In this document: piece after piece, positions 7,163 to 14,210 of the stretch
Layout of the letters: the number at the start of each line of letters is the position of its first letter
Numbering within the stretch: the stretch's first letter is position 1
Virus record (IMG/VR): IMGVR_UViG_648276652_000020
Length of the DNA: 14,210 bases
Reading direction: 5' to 3' (one strand)
DNA from: a virus
Lineage: Duplodnaviria > Heunggongvirae > Uroviricota > Caudoviricetes
The notes under the pieces: model-generated
The model's input: the letters and a program-made list of their open reading frames with translations, nothing else
What the model was told of the DNA's origin: nothing
The model's database searches: none
Made by a program: the position numbers and the translations under genes

Positions 7163-7571
7163 ACACATCCGCATGGCGATGAATGCCTGGGCGCATCCGG
7201 ACGGCGAAAAAGTACCGGCTGCGAAAATTACCAAAGCGTATTTCGAACTGGGAATGACGTTCCCGGAACTGTACGACGACAGCCATCCGGAAGCCCTGGC
7301 TCGCAATACCCAGAAAATTTTCCGCTGGGTAGAGAAAGACACCCCTGATGCAGTTGAAAAAATTCAGGCGTTGTTACCAGCGATCGAAAAGGCAATGCCA
7401 CCTTTGCTGGTGGCCAGAATGCGCAGCCACAGTTCAGCTTATTTTCGGGAGCTGGTGGAGACGCGGGCGCGACTGGTGAGAGACGCTGATGATTTTGTCG
7501 CAGTGGCAATCGCCGGTTTCAATCAGATGAACCGTGGTGGCCCGGCAGGAAATGCTGTGGCAGTACATTGA
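7146..7571 (+). CDS. ydaT: YdaT-like protein (CII-like regulator family; historically annotated as toxin YdaT)
   Basis: 141 aa from ATG 7146 with AAGGGGGG upstream. N-terminus MKIKHEHI and C-terminal ...VH match my recollection of Rac YdaT. Position is cro-proximal, as for lambda cII. Confidence 0.7.
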   Translation: MKIKHEHIRMAMNAWAHPDGEKVPAAKITKAYFELGMTFPELYDDSHPEALARNTQKIFRWVEKDTPDAVEKIQALLPAIEKAMPPLLVARMRSHSSAYFRELVETRARLVRDADDFVAVAIAGFNQMNRGGPAGNAVAVH

Positions 7572-7642
7572 CTGACAATAGCCATATCGAATCGCTTCCG
7601 GCAACTCGTGAGTAAAACGATTCGGTATCAGAAGAGGTGAGT

Positions 7643-8713
7643 ATGGCTAACGCCTGGCTCAGATTATGGCATGACATGCCAAATGACCCTAAGTGGCGAA
7701 CAATTGCCAGGGTGTCAGGGCAGCCAATTGCAACAGTGATGGCAGTGTATATCCACCTCCTGGTGAGCGCGTCACGAAATGTCACGCGAGGTCACATTGA
7801 TGTCACGACAGAAGATTTGGCAAGTGCGCTCGACGTGACAGAAGAGGTAATTGATTCAATTTTGCAGACGATGCAGGGGCGGGTACTTGATGGTGATTTA
7901 ATCACTGGATGGGAAAAACGCCAGGTGCTTAAAGAGGACAACGGCAATATTTCGCAAACCGCAAAATCTCCTGCAGAGCGCAAGAGGGCGCAGCGAGAGA
8001 GGGAAAGAAAGCGGGAACAAAATGGCGATTGTCACGGCGCGTCACGAAATGTCACGCACATGTCACGACGAGTCACGACAGATAAAGATACAGATAAAGA
8101 TACAGATCAAGAAGATCAAAACACTATGGTCCATGGCGTAAAAAACGCCACGAACCAGGCAGGGGATGTTCAGACCGTCAATCCTGGTCAGCCAGCAGGC
8201 ACGACACCGGAAGCCGATTCAGCGTATGCGCTGAAAGCCGATTCGGGCGCTGTGCAGCAGGTGATGATCGCAAGGCCGGAGCAATCACACCAACTGCAGC
8301 AGCCTGAAGCCGATTCCGCCATTCAGCGGGAAGCCGATCGGGTAGTCCCGGAAAACACCGGGCAGTCTGTGGGACGAGTGGATTATCCGGATGTGTTCGA
8401 ACAGGTCTGGCGGGAGTACCCGTTGCGTGCCGGAGCAAACCCGAAGAAATCCGCTTTCAGTGCCTGGAAGGCCAGATTACGCGAGGGGGTGCCACCAGAG
8501 GCCATGCTGGATGGCGTGAGGCGTTACGCAAGATACCTGGCGGCTACCGGGAAAACGGGAACGGAATTTGTTCAGCGAGCGACGACGTTTTTTGGACCGG
8601 ACAGGAATTTTGAGAACCCCTGGTTGCTCCCGGTAAGCGGCACGAACAACCAGCGTTGTGTGAATCATATTTCTGAACCGGATAACGAAATTCCGCCGGG
8701 CTTCAGGGGGTAA
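7643..8713 (+). CDS. Putative replication initiator (lambda O-like in organisation) containing internal iteron clusters
   Basis: 356 aa from ATG 7643 with AGAGG 5 nt upstream (the ORF track starts at GTG 7637). Two clusters of GTCACG repeats lie inside the ORF. The low-complexity, charged middle (SRNVT repeats, TDKDTDKDTDQEDQ) looks like an interdomain linker. Follows the cro/cII-like genes. Confidence 0.65.
   Translation: MANAWLRLWHDMPNDPKWRTIARVSGQPIATVMAVYIHLLVSASRNVTRGHIDVTTEDLASALDVTEEVIDSILQTMQGRVLDGDLITGWEKRQVLKEDNGNISQTAKSPAERKRAQRERERKREQNGDCHGASRNVTHMSRRVTTDKDTDKDTDQEDQNTMVHGVKNATNQAGDVQTVNPGQPAGTTPEADSAYALKADSGAVQQVMIARPEQSHQLQQPEADSAIQREADRVVPENTGQSVGRVDYPDVFEQVWREYPLRAGANPKKSAFSAWKARLREGVPPEAMLDGVRRYARYLAATGKTGTEFVQRATTFFGPDRNFENPWLLPVSGTNNQRCVNHISEPDNEIPPGFRG
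7767..7844. repeat. Iteron cluster 1: four direct GTCACG/GTCACA repeats at 10-11-bp phasing plus one inverted copy
   Basis: GTCACG at 7771, 7781, 7802 and GTCACA at 7791; inverted CGTGAC at 7834-7839. Shares the 21-mer gcgcgtcacgaaatgtcacgc (7767-7787) with cluster 2 (8037-8057). Confidence 0.6.
8031..8120. repeat. Iteron cluster 2 plus adjacent A-rich tandem repeat: candidate prophage replication origin
   Basis: GTCACG at 8031, 8041, 8051, 8062, 8072 (10-11-bp spacing), followed by gataaagataca x2 and gatcaagaagatcaaaac (8081-8120). Iterons next to an A-rich segment within the initiator gene, as in ori-lambda. Confidence 0.6.
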
Positions 8714-8753
8714 GTGTTAATTTCTGGTCATGAGGTAATTTTCAGGAGGGCTT

Positions 8754-9176
8754 GTGGCAAAAGTTTTTACACAAGAAGAGCGGGAAAAAATTAAAGGGCA
8801 GGTTCTTGAACTCGTACGCCAGAGTGGGCGCGAGACGTTACGACAACTGGAAGCTAAAACTGGGGCAACAAGATATCTGATGAGCGTTCTGGCCAGAGAG
8901 CTGGTTGCCAGTGGCGATGTATACAATTCTGGCTACGGGTTATTCCCGTCTGAACAGGCTCGTAAAGACTGGCAAAATGCCCGCAAAAAATTATCGAGGG
9001 CAAAGCTGAAGAAACCGGTTGTGGTTGATCCGGACCTTATCTGGTCATTACCTGACGGAGAAATACGTCGCTACGACAGTCGCCTAAACATAATCTGTCG
9101 CGAGTGCCGGAAGAGCGAAGTTATGCAGCGCATATTGTCGTTTTATCAGGGGGATGTTCGGTATTTATTGAAGTGA
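8754..9176 (+). CDS. Hypothetical protein (140 aa), last gene of the replication-side operon before the prophage ends
   Basis: GTG start at 8754 with AGGAGGG upstream. No Walker A motif, so not a DnaC/P-type helicase loader. N-terminal region may be a winged-helix-like fold. Function unknown. Confidence 0.5.
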   Translation: MAKVFTQEEREKIKGQVLELVRQSGRETLRQLEAKTGATRYLMSVLARELVASGDVYNSGYGLFPSEQARKDWQNARKKLSRAKLKKPVVVDPDLIWSLPDGEIRRYDSRLNIICRECRKSEVMQRILSFYQGDVRYLLK

Positions 9177-9510
9177 CGAGATTAAAGTGCATTAGTTCAG
9201 ATGCAAATTGACATTTTGTGGCACAGGGTAGAGCTAGCGTGGTTGTCCGCTTTGTGCCAAGAGCAGACGCTGGTAATTCGTGCCTAATATACTTCACTTA
9301 ACTTATATCCCAGCTTTGATACAGATCATACAAATTAAATGCCCCAGTAATTGGCAGGCTGAGTAACTTAAAACTCCTTAGAATATAGGATGATTTGTAT
9401 CGGCACTCATTCCACCATGCATTCCGATTAACCCCGCATAGCCAGTTGAACTTTGCTACTCTGTGAGAGGTAGTACCTTCTATCCAGTGCGGATTTAATT
9501 AATGGAATAA

Positions 9511-11514
9511 ATGATTATGAGTGAAAATGATACAACCCCAAAGAAGTCTACAAGCCAGATTAACAAAGCGGTATTCTTTACATCTGCTTTGCTAATTTTC
9601 CTTCTTGTCGCCTTTGCCGCCGTATTCCCGGATGTCGCCGACAAAAATTTTAAACTACTTCAGCAACAAATCTTCACGAATGCCAGCTGGTTCTACATAC
9701 TTGCTGTGGCCCTGATTTTACTGAGCGTCACGTTCCTTGGACTCTCACGTTACGGTGATATAAAGCTGGGCCCAGACCATGCGCAGCCTGATTTCAGCTA
9801 CCACTCCTGGTTCGCGATGCTTTTTTCGGCAGGGATGGGGATCGGCCTGATGTTCTTTGGCGTTGCCGAACCTGTGATGCATTATCTTTCGCCACCTGTC
9901 GGCACTCCAGAGACCGTTGCGGCAGCGAAGGAAGCCATGCGCCTGACGTTCTTCCACTGGGGTCTGCACGCATGGGCAATTTATGCCATCGTGGCGCTGA
10001 TTCTGGCCTTTTTCAGTTACCGTCACGGTCTGCCTTTAACGCTGCGTTCTGCGCTCTATCCCATTATCGGCGATCGCATTTACGGGCCTATAGGCCACGC
10101 GGTTGATATCTTCGCCGTGATAGGCACTGTCTTTGGCGTTGCAACATCGCTGGGTTACGGTGTATTGCAGGTGAATGCCGGTTTGAACCATCTTTTCGGC
10201 GTGCCCATCAATGAAACGGTACAGGTCATTTTGATCGTGGTCATCACGGGGTTAGCGACGATTTCGGTGGTGTCCGGCCTGGACAAGGGAATACGCATCC
10301 TGTCTGAGCTTAATCTGGGCCTGGCGGTGTTGCTCCTGGCGCTGGTCTTGTGCCTGGGTCCCACTGTGCTTCTGCTGAAGTCATTTGTGGAAAATACGGG
10401 TGGTTATCTGTCGGAACTGGTGAGTAAAACGTTCAACCTTTACGCGTATGAACCCAAGTCGAGCAACTGGCTGGGGGGCTGGACATTATTATACTGGGGA
10501 TGGTGGCTTTCATGGTCGCCGTTTGTAGGTATGTTCATTGCACGCGTTTCCCGCGGCAGGACAATTCGTGAGTTCGTGACTGGCGTGTTGTTTGTTCCCG
10601 CCGGCTTTACGCTCATGTGGATGACGGTGTTTGGAAACAGCGCCATCTATCTCATCATGAACCAGGGCGCCACTGACCTCGCCAATACCGTTCAGCAGGA
10701 TGTTGCGCTTGCCCTGTTTAATTTCCTGGAGCATTTCCCGTTCTCTTCCGTGCTGTCATTCATTGCAATGGCGATGGTCATCGTCTTCTTTGTAACGTCT
10801 GCTGATTCGGGGGCAATGGTTGTGGATACTCTGGCATCAGGTGGGGTGGCAAACACGCCCGTCTGGCAGCGAATTTTCTGGGCATCGCTCATGGGCGTTG
10901 TTGCTATTGCCCTGCTGATCGCAGGGGGGCTGAGTGCGTTGCAAACCGTAACGATAGCGAGTGCATTGCCCTTCTCAGTTATCTTATTAATATCCATATA
11001 CGGACTGTTAAAAGCCCTGCGTCGGGATTTGACCAAGCGTGAAAGCCTTAGCATGGCGACTATTGCTCCTACGGCTGCACGTAACCCAATTCCCTGGCAG
11101 AGAAGGTTACGCAATATCGCGTATTTGCCGAAGCGCTCTCTTGTGAAACGTTTTATGGACGACATTATCCAACCCGCCATGACGCTGGTTCAGGAGGAAC
11201 TTAACAAGCAGGGAACGATAAGCCACATCAGTGACGCCGCCGAGGATCGTATTCGCCTTGAAGTCGATTTGGGCAACGAGCTGAATTATATATATGAAGT
11301 GAGGCTTCGCGGGTATAACTCACCGACCTTCGCGCTCGCTGCGCTGGATAATGATGAGCAGCAGAGTGAACAACATCGATATTATCGCGCTGAAGTCTAT
11401 CTCAAAGAGGGCGGCCAAAATTATGATGTAATGGGCTGGAATCAGGAACAGCTGATTAATGACATACTGGACCAGTACGAAAAACACCTGCACTTCCTGC
11501 ATCTGGTTCGTTAA
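9511..11514 (+). CDS. BCCT-family transporter, BetT-like (choline/glycine betaine/osmolyte uptake)
   Basis: 667 aa. BCCT signature WTLLYWGWWLSWSPFVGMFIARVSRGRTIREF. Multiple transmembrane segments and a long cytoplasmic C-terminal extension ending ...INDILDQYEKHLHFLHL, closely resembling the E. coli BetT C-terminus. Start at 9511 or 9517; the SD is weak. Confidence 0.93.
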   Translation: MIMSENDTTPKKSTSQINKAVFFTSALLIFLLVAFAAVFPDVADKNFKLLQQQIFTNASWFYILAVALILLSVTFLGLSRYGDIKLGPDHAQPDFSYHSWFAMLFSAGMGIGLMFFGVAEPVMHYLSPPVGTPETVAAAKEAMRLTFFHWGLHAWAIYAIVALILAFFSYRHGLPLTLRSALYPIIGDRIYGPIGHAVDIFAVIGTVFGVATSLGYGVLQVNAGLNHLFGVPINETVQVILIVVITGLATISVVSGLDKGIRILSELNLGLAVLLLALVLCLGPTVLLLKSFVENTGGYLSELVSKTFNLYAYEPKSSNWLGGWTLLYWGWWLSWSPFVGMFIARVSRGRTIREFVTGVLFVPAGFTLMWMTVFGNSAIYLIMNQGATDLANTVQQDVALALFNFLEHFPFSSVLSFIAMAMVIVFFVTSADSGAMVVDTLASGGVANTPVWQRIFWASLMGVVAIALLIAGGLSALQTVTIASALPFSVILLISIYGLLKALRRDLTKRESLSMATIAPTAARNPIPWQRRLRNIAYLPKRSLVKRFMDDIIQPAMTLVQEELNKQGTISHISDAAEDRIRLEVDLGNELNYIYEVRLRGYNSPTFALAALDNDEQQSEQHRYYRAEVYLKEGGQNYDVMGWNQEQLINDILDQYEKHLHFLHLVR

Positions 11515-11521
11515 CAGCAAC

Positions 11522-11550
11522 ATGCCGCCACAGAGGCGGCATTTATTTAT
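11522..11550 (+). terminator. Rho-independent terminator downstream of the BetT-like gene
   Basis: Stem atgccgcc (11522-11529), loop acaga, stem ggcggcat (11535-11542), then ttatttat. Confidence 0.7.
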
Positions 11551-11577
11551 CCCGGCTGCAATATGAGGGAATGCAGA

Positions 11578-12855
11578 ATGATTTCACGCTGGAAATGGAT
11601 GCTGAAGCAGACATTTAAAAAACTATGGTTCAGGGCAACGTTATTCGCAATTGTCGCAATAATAACGGCCCTTTTATCAATTCTTTTTAAATCAATGATA
11701 CCTGAGTCGGTTTCCGTGAAGGTTGGTGCGGAAGCAGTCGATAACATTCTGAACATACTGGCATCGAGTATGCTGGCAGTGACCACATTTTCGCTGAGCA
11801 TCATGGTCACAGCCTACGGTTCAGCCACTACTAATGTGACTCCCAGAGCTACTCGTTTAGTTGTTGAAGACGTCACCACACAAAATGTACTGGCCACCTT
11901 CATCGGTTCTTTTCTCTTCAGTCTGGTAGGGATTATTGCCCTCAATATGGGAGCTTATGGAGAAAGGGGGAGAGTCATTTTATTCATTGTAACACTGGTT
12001 GTCATTGCCTTAATCCTCATCACATTGCTTCGCTGGATACAGCATTTGACCTCTCTGGGGAGGGTTGGTGAGACAACGGCAAAAGTAGAACAGGCGGCCA
12101 TCGAAACATTTATTGCGAGAGCAAGAAATCCCTGTCTCGGCGGATATCCATGGCTTGAGAACAATGAACAGCCGAAAGGAACGGTTGCAGTTTATCCGAA
12201 AAAGATTGGCTATGTTGAATATGTTGATATGGTGAAACTCAGCAAGCTGCTGACCAATGATCCCCGTCATGTATACCTCGTGGCGCAGCCGGGCAGTTTC
12301 ATACATCCGTCCACGCCAGTTTTGTACCTGAGTCAGGGCCAGGAGTCATCAATCAGCACCGATTTACTTGAGACGATTATTGTCTCGGATGTACGTTCAT
12401 TTGCTCAGGACCCCCGATTTTGTCTTAGCGTCATGGCCGAAATAGCCTGCCGAGCCCTTTCCCCCGCAGTGAACGATCCTGGAACCGCCATTGATGTCAT
12501 TGGCAGAGGTGTACGTATACTTTCCGCTTACGCGCAGAATAAATCTGATGAAATAGAAGTGAAATATCCTTCTGTACATGTTGCACCACTTCAGAATAAC
12601 GATCTACTTGAAGACTTTTTCTCACCTGTTGCGCGCGATGGTGCCAGTATGAGGGAAATTCAGATAAGGGTACTTAAAGGACTGTCGATGCTGAGTAAGG
12701 GTTGGCCTGGAATTTTTGCTGAAGCCGCACAAACCCTAGCATTTGAAACATTAGAGCATGCTACTCGTGCTGACCATATAGATTCTGACAGATATCTAAT
12801 AAAATCAATTTATTATAATTTATTTAGTGGCGAAGATTCTAATAAAAAACCATAG
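11578..12855 (+). CDS. Putative membrane protein, possibly DUF2254-like (from memory), with N-terminal TM helices and a large soluble domain
   Basis: ATG 11578 with GAGGGA 6 nt upstream (the track starts at 11563). N-terminal hydrophobic segments (LFAIVAIITALLSILF; FIGSFLFSLVGIIALNMG; ILFIVTLVVIALILITLL). Motif CRALSPAVNDPGTAIDVIG is what I associate with DUF2254. Family assignment is from memory only. Confidence 0.65.
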   Translation: MISRWKWMLKQTFKKLWFRATLFAIVAIITALLSILFKSMIPESVSVKVGAEAVDNILNILASSMLAVTTFSLSIMVTAYGSATTNVTPRATRLVVEDVTTQNVLATFIGSFLFSLVGIIALNMGAYGERGRVILFIVTLVVIALILITLLRWIQHLTSLGRVGETTAKVEQAAIETFIARARNPCLGGYPWLENNEQPKGTVAVYPKKIGYVEYVDMVKLSKLLTNDPRHVYLVAQPGSFIHPSTPVLYLSQGQESSISTDLLETIIVSDVRSFAQDPRFCLSVMAEIACRALSPAVNDPGTAIDVIGRGVRILSAYAQNKSDEIEVKYPSVHVAPLQNNDLLEDFFSPVARDGASMREIQIRVLKGLSMLSKGWPGIFAEAAQTLAFETLEHATRADHIDSDRYLIKSIYYNLFSGEDSNKKP

Positions 12856-12985
12856 TTGCGGAGCAAGCGATACGGTTGTTGGCAAGTCAAGGGCAAAGCA
12901 TTCGCGTGAGAGTGGGCGTCTGCTTTGTGCCAGAAGCGGACATACGTAACTTATGATACGCATCGCCAATCATCCGTTTCAAACA

Positions 12986-14210
<1,225 letters not shown>

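Noticed and set aside
7079-7509. Minus-strand ORFs of 87 and 93 aa antisense to the ydaS/ydaT-like genes
   Set aside because: They overlap well-supported plus-strand genes and have no SD or recognisable motifs.
7767-8120. Short direct repeats considered as a possible CRISPR array
   Set aside because: Repeat units are 6 bp with 4-5-bp spacers, sit inside a protein-coding frame, and no cas genes are present. They are iterons.
9745-11180. Several minus-strand ORFs (61-162 aa) antisense within the BetT-like gene
   Set aside because: They are embedded in a high-confidence transporter frame and have biased, Arg/Pro-rich translations.

Overview
The window holds the early (left) arm of a Rac/lambda-like prophage, which appears to stop after its replication module, followed by an osmolyte-transporter module and the edge of an IS21-family element. 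Prophage part (1-~9200): integrase, an excisionase-like gene split across two frames at an A_AAA_AAG heptamer, a large DEDDh exonuclease, two coupled small genes, a structured noncoding stretch with a perfect 19-bp inverted repeat, a three-gene hypothetical cluster beside the repressor, a cI-like repressor with three phased operator-like sites, a ydaS/ydaT-like (Cro/CII-like) pair, and a replication-initiator-like gene with internal iteron clusters. No helicase loader, late, lysis or structural genes follow. Downstream lie a BetT-like BCCT transporter, a putative DUF2254-like membrane protein, a convergent LysR regulator, and the 3' end of an istB-like gene. No rRNA, tRNA or CRISPR array was seen. 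The best candidates for something undescribed are the uncharacterised cluster at 5175-5978, the structured noncoding region at 4599-5174 and the two-frame excisionase. All product calls rest on motif recognition from the translations, not on searches.
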